Below are positions 35,431 through 44,014 of a stretch of DNA of 64,000 bases, piece by piece. The notes below the pieces were generated by a model. That model had not been told where the DNA came from. It saw only the letters and a list, made by a program, of their open reading frames with translations, and did not search any database. Source of the DNA: a virus (lineage: Duplodnaviria > Caudoviricetes); IMG/VR virus record IMGVR_UViG_3300045110_000158, positions 644 through 64,643 of that record, one strand, 5' to 3'. Numbering within the stretch: the first letter of the stretch is position 1; each line of letters starts with the position of its first letter. Both the position numbers and the translations under genes were made by a program.

Positions 35431-36984
35431 ATGTTGATACACAAACCAACCAAGAGCGTCGTGCTCAAGCTACGCGATCCGTCGCGTGTGCTTACATTTT
35501 TTCCCAGACAGAGTCGCTTGATCACTGCTGCCGAAGGCAACGTCCAGATCAAGCACACGCTGGAGACCACGCTCAGACTCAATGAGCTTGGGATCAACGT
35601 GCCGTCTCCTGTTGACTACCAGTATGATTGGCCGGGTAAGTACACGCCGTTCGCACATCAGCGACCGATGGCGGACTTCCACGTTCGCAATCTCAAGTGT
35701 CTCAATCTTTCGGAGATGGGAGTTGGTAAGAGCTTCTCGGCGCTGTGGGCTGCGGACTATCTCATGTCAGTCGGCGAGGTGAGGAAGGCGCTTATTCTTT
35801 CGCCGCTGTCCATTCTGGAAACTGTCTGGCAGCAAGACATCTTTGATGTGTTGATGCATCGGTCGAGCGTGGTCACTCATGGTGATCGCGAGTACCGGCT
35901 CAACGCTTTCGGCATGGACGTGGATTTCTATATTGCCAACCATGACATGATTAGAGATCAGGAGATCGCCAAGCTGGTGCGCAAGCGAAAAGACATCGAC
36001 CTCATCATCCTCGACGAGGCGAGCTTCTTTCGCAACAGCCGCAACATCTCGTACAAGTATTTTGCGTGGGCTACTGAGAACAAGAAGCGAGTGTGGCTGC
36101 TGACTGGCACACCATGTCCCAATGCGCCGACCGATGCCTGGGCGCTGGCACGGCTCGTCTGTCCGGCGCGGGTGCCCAAGTTCTTCGGCACGTTCCAGCG
36201 CATGACCATGCGGCAAGTGGGTCAGTACAAGTGGCGCCCGGTGAACGGCCACGAACAGATTGTATTCGATGCGCTGCAGCCAGCATGGCGCATCAAGAAG
36301 AAGGACTGCATAAGCCTGCCACCGCTGACTGTTGCCAACCGGCGCACGAAGCTCACGGCGGAACAGGAGAAAGCATACAAGCTCATGCGGGATTACATGA
36401 TCCTGCAAGCCAAGACCACGAGGATCACCGCAGTCAACGCCGCGGATGCGCTCATCAAGCTCCGGCAAATCTGCTGCGGGGCAGTAAAGAATGGAGAGGA
36501 TGTTTACGAGACTATTGACCATTCGGCCCGGCTCAACGAATTGATCGATACAATCAATGAGGCTTCGGCCAAGGTGATCGTGATCGTTCCGTTCAAGGGA
36601 ATCATTCGTGCACTGGAGACTGAACTCGCGAAGCATTTTAGCCTTGCGGTGATGAACGGCGATGTTAGCATCGGCGCACGGAATCGGATTATTCGCGCTT
36701 TCAAATCCGGACCCGATCCGCGGATACTACTGTGCCACCCCAAGGTGATGGCTCATGGACTCAATCTGACAGAAGCCGACACGACCATCTTCTATGCGCC
36801 GATCTATTCGCACGACGAGTACGCGCAAGTAATCGAACGATTTAATCGCACGGGGCAGACCCGTAAGATGACTGTCGTTCGTATCACCGCCTGTTCATTC
36901 GAGCAAGACATCTACAGCTTGCTCGATGGCCGGGCACTGAATCAGGACAGCATCCTGAAATTGTACGAGAGGGTTATCCAATGA
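35431..36984 (+). CDS. SNF2-like SF2 helicase
   Basis: EMGVGKS, ILDEAS, LTGTP, GLNLTEA, RFNRTGQ. Confidence 0.9.
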   Translation: MLIHKPTKSVVLKLRDPSRVLTFFPRQSRLITAAEGNVQIKHTLETTLRLNELGINVPSPVDYQYDWPGKYTPFAHQRPMADFHVRNLKCLNLSEMGVGKSFSALWAADYLMSVGEVRKALILSPLSILETVWQQDIFDVLMHRSSVVTHGDREYRLNAFGMDVDFYIANHDMIRDQEIAKLVRKRKDIDLIILDEASFFRNSRNISYKYFAWATENKKRVWLLTGTPCPNAPTDAWALARLVCPARVPKFFGTFQRMTMRQVGQYKWRPVNGHEQIVFDALQPAWRIKKKDCISLPPLTVANRRTKLTAEQEKAYKLMRDYMILQAKTTRITAVNAADALIKLRQICCGAVKNGEDVYETIDHSARLNELIDTINEASAKVIVIVPFKGIIRALETELAKHFSLAVMNGDVSIGARNRIIRAFKSGPDPRILLCHPKVMAHGLNLTEADTTIFYAPIYSHDEYAQVIERFNRTGQTRKMTVVRITACSFEQDIYSLLDGRALNQDSILKLYERVIQ

Positions 36985-37019
36985 CTGACCAACTGAAAAT
37001 CTTACTGAAAGGAAAGCCG

Positions 37020-37418
37020 ATGACTGAGCAAGAGGTGAAGCTCGACAAGGTCGCCGCGACCTATGTCAAGATCAGGGATAAGCGGTCCGAGCTGAAGAAA
37101 ACGTGGGAGGTCGAAGACCTCAAGCTGAAGGACCAGCTCGATACCATCGAGAGCTTTTTCCTGGAGACACTGCAGGCGTTGGGTGTCGAGAACGCGCGCA
37201 CAAAGCACGGAACGATATACCGTACTCTTGATGTCAAACCCAGTTGCGAGGACTGGAATGCGTTCTATGCCTGGATCGCCGAGAATGAGGCGTTCGATGC
37301 ACTCGAACGTCGCGTCAAGAAATCCTTCATCACGCAATTCATGGAGGATAACAAGGACGAACTCCCGCCCGGGATCACCGTGGTGAAAGAGTACATCGCC
37401 AAGGTCCTCCGCAAATAA
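37020..37418 (+). CDS. Conserved replication-module protein
   Basis: YVKIRD, RTKHGT, DWNAFY, LERRV and LPPGI pattern typical of genes preceding an SSB. Confidence 0.65.
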   Translation: MTEQEVKLDKVAATYVKIRDKRSELKKTWEVEDLKLKDQLDTIESFFLETLQALGVENARTKHGTIYRTLDVKPSCEDWNAFYAWIAENEAFDALERRVKKSFITQFMEDNKDELPPGITVVKEYIAKVLRK

Positions 37419-37438
37419 GTGTTACATCATGTAACACC
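37418..37438. repeat. 21-bp palindrome copy 10
   Basis: agtgttacatcatgtaacacc; followed at once by hairpin cgggtcctgg...ccaggacccg. Confidence 0.9.
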
Positions 37439-37503
37439 GGGTCCTGGACATGTTCCAGCCAGGACCCGCTTTGATCTGGAACGCAAACTAAGGACATACT
37501 GAA

Positions 37504-38646
37504 ATGGCTAACAACAACCCCATGGCAATCTTCGACCCAACCGCTCAGGTGCCGGCACACGTCAAGGCCGCGCAAGACGCTGGCACTTCCAACATCGTAA
37601 CCCGGAGTCAGGTCAACGCTCTGACCTTCCCCGGCAAGGTGTTCACTGTCATCATCGACGGCGCCAAGCGTCCATTGATGCGCACCAACGCAGATGGCGA
37701 GGAAGAGCTGATCCAAACTTTCGACGCCATCATCATCGCCTACAACGAGAACCGTGGGCGTGCGTACTACGGCGGGCGCCCTTACGATCCGAACCAGGAG
37801 AACGCGCCGGTCTGCTGGTCCAACGACGGGGTCACGTCGAGCCCGAACTCGTCCGAGCGGCAGTCGGAAAAGTGCAACGTCTGCCCGCAGGCAGTCAAAG
37901 GCTCCAGACAAACAGACCAGGGCAAGTCTGCCATGGCATGTGCCGTGCACCGCAACCTTGCGATCGTTCCGAAGAGCCGCGACCTCACCGCGGCGCCGGT
38001 GCTGCGTCTCAAGATTCCGCAGACCTCTGACTTCGATGGGCTCAACAAGGAAGCGCAGGCCAAGGGAATGTTCGCGTTCACGAACTACCTCAACTTCCTC
38101 AAGTCGAAGGGTGTGCCGTTCACCTACTCGCTGACCACCAAGATCAGGTTCGACAACACCAAGAGCTACCCGAAGCTGTGGTTCTCGCCTGGCCGCTGGT
38201 TGACCGAAGAGGAGATGGCAACGTGCGCGGAGATCGCTGAGTCACCCACTCTCGATGATCTGCTCAAGACTGACTTTACCGGCTTCGCCGGTACACGCCC
38301 GCCGGGCATCACTGAGGCGGACGAAGAGGAAACTGACGAGGACGAATCTCCGTTGGAGATTGCACCGGCTGCCAAGAAGGCTGCTGCACCTAAGCCTGCA
38401 CCGACGCCCGCACCTGCGCCCGCTGCAGCTGCACCTGCAAACGGGAAGGGTAAGGCCCAGAAGAAGGCCGAAGCGGCTGCGGCTGCCGCCGCGGCGCGCA
38501 AGAACGCTGTGCTCGACGATGACGATGAAGATGAGCCCGTCACTACTACGAAGCCGAGTCGGGCTCCTGCCTCTGCTCCTGCTCCTGGTATATCGGGAGC
38601 ATCGCCCGCTCTCGATACCATCCTCAAGGACTGGGACGACGACTGA
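37504..38646 (+). CDS. ssb: Putative single-stranded DNA-binding protein
   Basis: CWSNDG..C..CP...GS...AC motif, low-complexity linker, acidic tail WDDD; located between helicase and primase. Confidence 0.6.
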   Translation: MANNNPMAIFDPTAQVPAHVKAAQDAGTSNIVTRSQVNALTFPGKVFTVIIDGAKRPLMRTNADGEEELIQTFDAIIIAYNENRGRAYYGGRPYDPNQENAPVCWSNDGVTSSPNSSERQSEKCNVCPQAVKGSRQTDQGKSAMACAVHRNLAIVPKSRDLTAAPVLRLKIPQTSDFDGLNKEAQAKGMFAFTNYLNFLKSKGVPFTYSLTTKIRFDNTKSYPKLWFSPGRWLTEEEMATCAEIAESPTLDDLLKTDFTGFAGTRPPGITEADEEETDEDESPLEIAPAAKKAAAPKPAPTPAPAPAAAAPANGKGKAQKKAEAAAAAAAARKNAVLDDDDEDEPVTTTKPSRAPASAPAPGISGASPALDTILKDWDDD

Positions 38647-38681
38647 TCTAAAACTCTGACACCAAACTTTACCCGTTACTC

Positions 38682-38714
38682 ACACCCCCCGCTCTAGCCA
38701 CGAGCGGGGGGTGT
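38682..38714 (+). terminator. Hairpin terminator candidate
   Basis: acaccccccgctc / gagcggggggtgt 13-bp stem; weak U-tract. Confidence 0.55.
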
Positions 38715-38806
38715 TGTACTCTCTAGCACCGGGGTAACCACATCATGATTGACCAACTCGCTTACGACAAGCCGATCGCGAAAACCTGGGGACAGGAGCG
38801 CGACTC

Positions 38807-41719
38807 ATGAACACCCGCAAATTCTTAGAGCTGGTATGGCCGCAGCGCGGTCCCTACTGCATCGCCACTCCGTGGGTGAGACCTGATGGCGAAACGGTCA
38901 TGGCGCACCGTGGCTGTGAGACGCTCGATGATGTGATCGCCTATGTCCTGACAAAGAAACAATCGAAGGATTTATATTTTGCGGCGCACACGCTGAAGGT
39001 CGTGCGTGAGGAGAACCCGAAGACTGGGAAGTTTCAAACGTTCCGAACGCACGCGAACATGAAAGAAGCTTGCGTCTTCTTTTTTGATATCGACGCCGGA
39101 GGCCCAAAGGATCACTACGCCACCGTGCAGGAAATATTTGATGCACTGGAAAAATTTTTGTTCAAGACCGGCCTGCCATCCCCGTTCGTCGTAAACTCAG
39201 GATACGGTATACATGTCTACTGGATAATCGACACGCCGATCGAATCCGTGGCTTGGAAAGAGCCAGCTGCCAGACTCTTCTGGTTGGCTCAGCAGCACGA
39301 GCTGCACGTCGACCCTTCCCGCACCACGGACCAGAGCAGCGTGCTGCGCGTTCCCGGCACGTTCAACTACAAGGACCCCGCTAACCCCCGCAAAGTAGAG
39401 GTCCTGTTTGAGTCGACATCTACCGATAAGTTCTTGGATCAGCTCAACATTTTGACCGTCGACTACGTCCGCACTGAAGCGGTTCGCTGCATATCGGGCG
39501 ATATAAAGGGGATTGACACGCTCTCCGTTGCCTGGGACGGGCGGCGCCCGCCGGCCGACGAGGTGGCCGACGTCTGCGAGCACATGCGGAACTTCCGGGA
39601 CAGCGAGGGGAACGTGTCCGAGCCGCAGTGGCATGCCGGCATCGGCACGATCAAGCACTGCGACGACGGCGAGGAGAAGGCCCACGAGTGGTCGAGCGGC
39701 TATCCCAAGTACACTGAGGCGGAGACTCAAGCTAAGCTCGATGCTTGGGTCCTGCCGCCGCCGGGCTGCGAGAAGATCGACCACAACAGCGGCGACCCCG
39801 CGATCTGCGCGCGCTGCCCGCACAAAGACTTGGCGAAGAACCCGCTCCTGATTGCCAACCTGGTTTACCAGCAAACGCACCAGCCCGCGCCTGGGCCCGC
39901 GTTCGTGGCCTCTACGAATGGGGCGGACCCAACGCCACCATGCCTCCCACCGACGCCCTACAAGCTGGACATGACCTATGGGATCACGGAGAAAAAGAAG
40001 GGGTTGATTTGTGACTGTCCGATGTTCCCCATACAGTGGGTCACCGCAACCTCCAATGAGAGCTGCCTCTCGCGCTGGTACGTCAAGTCTCCACGCAATG
40101 GCTGGAGGATAGTCGAGATCATGAACGACGATCTGAATATACAAAGCCTTGGGGCGGCGCTTCGCAACAAGGACGTCATCATCTCGCCGAAACACTTCAA
40201 GGCAATGCAGGCATTCCTGCCGGCGTATCTCAAAGAGCTACGAAGGCATGTGGATGATCTTGAGCAGTTTGACTGGCTTGGGTGGAAAGTACCCAAGCAG
40301 GAATCAACCGAGATCGAGAAGCCGGTAGAGTTCGGAACTCCGGAATGGTTCATCCTGTACGGCCGGAAAATCTCAGTCGCGGATGGTTCGGTTGTTCCCT
40401 GCGTGATGACACAGAATACACAACTCGATTGCATGGGCCGCATGGGTACGTTGGCTCAGCAGACTGCGCTCATGGATTTCTATGACCACCCAGCGTACAT
40501 GGCTCAGCAGTTTGCCATCGGCGCATCCTTGGCGACTCCGTTCTTCAGGTTCTCCGGTTTACACGGCATGCTGATTTGTCTGTTCGGAGAGACTGGCGCG
40601 TCAAAGAGCACGGGTCTCTACACTGCCGCCAGCATCTGGGGGCATCCGGAGCTTTACCCCATCTGCGGTTTGCGTTCGACTGGCACCGACAAGGGGCGTT
40701 TCGAATACAGCATGCTCCATCGCAACCTGCCTTTTATGTGCGATGAGATCACAAGGTTTGATCCTGAGACGGCGCACGAGATCGCTCTTGCGGCGACTCA
40801 GCCTGGGACATGGAAGGGCCTGAGGTCGGATCGCAGCTTTCGTCATCCTCGTGGCGGGCGCAAATCTAACCTGACTATCTGCACCAGCAACAAGTCACTG
40901 GTGCAGATGGTTAACAATGACAGCTCCGGCGGTCAGGCCGGCATCATGCGCGTGTTCGAGATCAAGGTGGATCAGAACACGATTCATACCAAGGCTGAAG
41001 CCGACGCATTCAAGAGATTACTTGTTCAGAATTACGGCTGGATCGGCGAAGACTTCCTGTGTCGTTGCTTGCCGCATACCGAAGCGATCGGCAAGAAGTT
41101 CCTGGAAATCCTGGAAGAGTTCGAGAGGGACATCAACGCCAGCCAGGAAGAACGCTACATGACCGCCGCTGTAGCTACTGCCTTACTGGGGATCAAGCTG
41201 GGCTACAAGCTGGGGTATTGGCGCTTCGACTACAAGGTTATGAGAGAGTGGTTGATCAACGTGCAGATACCGGCCATGCGCGCCGCGGCCAAGCTCGAAC
41301 GCGAACACACAACACCAGACGCCATCCTCAACGAGTACCTGGAAGAGATCAATCCGAGCATGTGCCGCGTTGATCGAAACACCAGGGGTGAAGTTGAGGT
41401 GCTGTACATGCCACCTCACTTCGAGATCAAGGCACGGTACGAAATCAACAAGACAGAAGTATACGTGCGCATCGGGCCATTCCGGGAATACTGCAACAAA
41501 CATAACCACGATTACAGCGGCATACTTAATCGCCTCAAAATGAACGGGCTCATCACGCACACATCCACTAAAAAGCGAATGCGCGCAGAGCCGCGGAATT
41601 TCAGCAACCCGATCGCTTGCTTTGTGATCCCGGTAAAGACGACGTCGCCGATCGCCGTTCCCAACGTACCCGGACCTGACGATGCCAGGAGGATCGTCGA
41701 GTTCAAACCTAAGACGTAG
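38807..41719 (+). CDS. Primase (RepB/AEP-like) fused to DUF927 helicase-like domain
   Basis: FFDID, SGYGIHVYW, LRVPGTFN; C..C.H motif; P-loop GETGASKS and CDEIT. Confidence 0.8.
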   Translation: MNTRKFLELVWPQRGPYCIATPWVRPDGETVMAHRGCETLDDVIAYVLTKKQSKDLYFAAHTLKVVREENPKTGKFQTFRTHANMKEACVFFFDIDAGGPKDHYATVQEIFDALEKFLFKTGLPSPFVVNSGYGIHVYWIIDTPIESVAWKEPAARLFWLAQQHELHVDPSRTTDQSSVLRVPGTFNYKDPANPRKVEVLFESTSTDKFLDQLNILTVDYVRTEAVRCISGDIKGIDTLSVAWDGRRPPADEVADVCEHMRNFRDSEGNVSEPQWHAGIGTIKHCDDGEEKAHEWSSGYPKYTEAETQAKLDAWVLPPPGCEKIDHNSGDPAICARCPHKDLAKNPLLIANLVYQQTHQPAPGPAFVASTNGADPTPPCLPPTPYKLDMTYGITEKKKGLICDCPMFPIQWVTATSNESCLSRWYVKSPRNGWRIVEIMNDDLNIQSLGAALRNKDVIISPKHFKAMQAFLPAYLKELRRHVDDLEQFDWLGWKVPKQESTEIEKPVEFGTPEWFILYGRKISVADGSVVPCVMTQNTQLDCMGRMGTLAQQTALMDFYDHPAYMAQQFAIGASLATPFFRFSGLHGMLICLFGETGASKSTGLYTAASIWGHPELYPICGLRSTGTDKGRFEYSMLHRNLPFMCDEITRFDPETAHEIALAATQPGTWKGLRSDRSFRHPRGGRKSNLTICTSNKSLVQMVNNDSSGGQAGIMRVFEIKVDQNTIHTKAEADAFKRLLVQNYGWIGEDFLCRCLPHTEAIGKKFLEILEEFERDINASQEERYMTAAVATALLGIKLGYKLGYWRFDYKVMREWLINVQIPAMRAAAKLEREHTTPDAILNEYLEEINPSMCRVDRNTRGEVEVLYMPPHFEIKARYEINKTEVYVRIGPFREYCNKHNHDYSGILNRLKMNGLITHTSTKKRMRAEPRNFSNPIACFVIPVKTTSPIAVPNVPGPDDARRIVEFKPKT

Positions 41720-44003
41720 CGCCGCGGCCCATCCCCATTTGCTTCACTCCCTGGGCATTCAGCGCCGCGATGAGACCTCGCCCCAGTATGTCGGCAGCTG
41801 CCTTGTTGAGCACCGCCTCGTGCGGTGCCAGCATTGCCGGTACTGTGTCAGTCTTCCCAGTGCCCTGCCCCGGTACTTCGTTCGCACCGAACATGTAGCC
41901 GGCGCCGAACGGATAGTTCGGCATCTGCTGCACGCTGGGTGAACCCCTGGCAAGCTCCTGAGTCGCCAATGCTGGTGGTGATGCGCGTTCCTGATCGTAG
42001 GGTGATGTCCCCAGTGGTTGTGCCGCTGCCGGATTGCCGGGCATAATTCGAGAAGCACCCGCGTCATTCCACATAGCTGCACCTTGTTGCGGGCCATAAG
42101 GTAGTGGTACTGCCGGTGCAGCTGGAAGAGAGCCAGGGCCTGTATTAGGAGTAGTGTCAGGCATCGGAGGTACCGTTCCGCCTGCCGCATATCCCCGCAC
42201 ATTCGACATACCGCGCGCGAAGCCGGGCGGCGCGGCAGCACCCGGTGCCATGGCTGGGGGAAGACCTGGACCCGCTTGCGGACCAACAGCGCCGCCGCCC
42301 TTCGCTGCCATCATGAGCGCCGGCAGTATCGCCTCAAGCCCCTCAGGCGGCTGGTCATCGGACTTGCTCCCCTTACTCCCTTTGCCCTTGACGTTGGCAG
42401 AGCCTTTCTTGAGACCCTTGGCGCCCTTGGCGCCCTTGACGTTGGCCGAACCTTTCCTCATCCCCGGGGTCAGCGGCGGACCTGCTGGCGGACCTGCCGG
42501 CGGTCCACCGGCGCCGCCGCCCTGCATCGCAGCCAGGAGTGGCAGTATCGCTTCAAGCCCCTTGGGTGGGCCACCAGCCTTGCCGCCTTTACCTTTGACG
42601 TTTGCGGTGCCTTTCCGAAGTTCCTCCGGTGGCTCAGCAGCACCAAGTCCGCCGCCACTAAACGATGGCGCTGCTGGCGCTGCTGGCGCTGCCTGCGCTG
42701 GCGCTGCGGACGCTCCCCCCATGAGGTTGCTTATCATGTCGCTAATGCTGCCCACGATGCCGCCGCTGGTACCCGGGATTTGGTTGAGGCCGGCCTGGTC
42801 TGCCAGACTACCTGGAGCGGCGCGATCGCCAGCTACTGTCCTCCAGATATCGGAAGCGAGTGCTTGGCCGCCCCCAGTAATTTGGTTGCCGATATTGCTG
42901 GCAATGCTACTCACACTATTCGGATTATAAGTTTCGCCGCGGCGATCCTCGATGTTTTCCGAAGGACGGAAGCTCTTAAGCGCCTCGTTGAACTTCTCCG
43001 GGTTGACCATCCGGAGAGTCGCATCAACGATTCCACCAAGATTTTCTATGCCGTACCCCGCATTTGGATTGTAGGGCGTACCAACCCCGGGGCCAGCAAG
43101 CTCGGGCGGGGGCCCGGCCATGGGCCCAGGCATGGGCGCAGGCGCAGGCGCAGGCGCAGGCGCTGGCATTGGCACGGGCATAGGGACAGGCCCACCAGGT
43201 GGCAGCGCACCACCGGGCGCGCCAGCGCCGCCTACGCCACCGCGTGCGGGCGCAGCACCAAACAACGGACGCCGCAGCAGAACGTCTGCGTCTCCCTCCG
43301 CGTAGCCCTGCGGCTTGACGTCGGGAATACCTCTTCGGAAGCCTGTGCTGTAAAGCGGACTCGCCGCCGGTGCTTTGGTTGTAGTAACCGAAGTCGGTCT
43401 CAGCAATGACGGCTGCCGAGCTTGTGCTGCAGCTAATCTTCGCTGCGCTTCTGATCCTGCTGGTGCTGATGGTCCTTGCACTCCCTGCGGCGTTGCTGCA
43501 GTTTTCGACCACGTCGCCAACTCTTCCGGTGACATGTTCTCTAGCGACTCTGGTGACAGAACGCTCGCAGGTTGGGCTGTATCTGCAGCCGATGCTGCTG
43601 CAGCTGTCGGAGATACGACTGGTTGTGCTGCTGCTGCTGAACCCGGCATCGTTTGAAACACTATCGGCGGGGGTCCTGCTGTTGCACCGGGCGCTCCTGT
43701 ACCGGGTGTTCCTGCATTGGCCCCGCCTAGGCCAGGTAGCCGCCCAGAGTCAAACAACTGGCCCAGCAAATCAGGGTCCATGTACCGCTTCGCAGCCAGG
43801 GTAGCCGCTTGCTCAAGATTAAGCTGGCCCGCCCCGCGAGCATGGTAACCCAAGTCTGCCCGATACTGCGGCAACGACTTGGCGTCAGTCTCGGCTCGCA
43901 TATAGTCGGCACTGGCTGACTTGGTTCTAGCCGCAGCTTCCTCGGCAAGGATGTCGTACTTGCGATTCAGCTTCGCTTCAAAGCTGGGATCGTAATAGGG
44001 CAT
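41709..44003 (-). CDS. Low-complexity internal virion/ejection protein
   Basis: Repeated (F/Y/L/M)xxG..(N/D)V motif; C-terminal PGQGTGKTDTVPAMLAPHEAVL. Confidence 0.6.
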   Translation of the reverse strand: MPYYDPSFEAKLNRKYDILAEEAAARTKSASADYMRAETDAKSLPQYRADLGYHARGAGQLNLEQAATLAAKRYMDPDLLGQLFDSGRLPGLGGANAGTPGTGAPGATAGPPPIVFQTMPGSAAAAQPVVSPTAAAASAADTAQPASVLSPESLENMSPEELATWSKTAATPQGVQGPSAPAGSEAQRRLAAAQARQPSLLRPTSVTTTKAPAASPLYSTGFRRGIPDVKPQGYAEGDADVLLRRPLFGAAPARGGVGGAGAPGGALPPGGPVPMPVPMPAPAPAPAPAPMPGPMAGPPPELAGPGVGTPYNPNAGYGIENLGGIVDATLRMVNPEKFNEALKSFRPSENIEDRRGETYNPNSVSSIASNIGNQITGGGQALASDIWRTVAGDRAAPGSLADQAGLNQIPGTSGGIVGSISDMISNLMGGASAAPAQAAPAAPAAPSFSGGGLGAAEPPEELRKGTANVKGKGGKAGGPPKGLEAILPLLAAMQGGGAGGPPAGPPAGPPLTPGMRKGSANVKGAKGAKGLKKGSANVKGKGSKGSKSDDQPPEGLEAILPALMMAAKGGGAVGPQAGPGLPPAMAPGAAAPPGFARGMSNVRGYAAGGTVPPMPDTTPNTGPGSLPAAPAVPLPYGPQQGAAMWNDAGASRIMPGNPAAAQPLGTSPYDQERASPPALATQELARGSPSVQQMPNYPFGAGYMFGANEVPGQGTGKTDTVPAMLAPHEAVLNKAAADILGRGLIAALNAQGVKQMGMGRGATS

Positions 44004-44014
44004 GGCAGTCGTCC

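Noticed and set aside
14350-37438. Palindromes as a CRISPR array or integron attC sites
   Set aside because: Spacing is 0.5-6 kb and irregular, there is no cas operon or integron integrase, and attC-type extrahelical structure is absent
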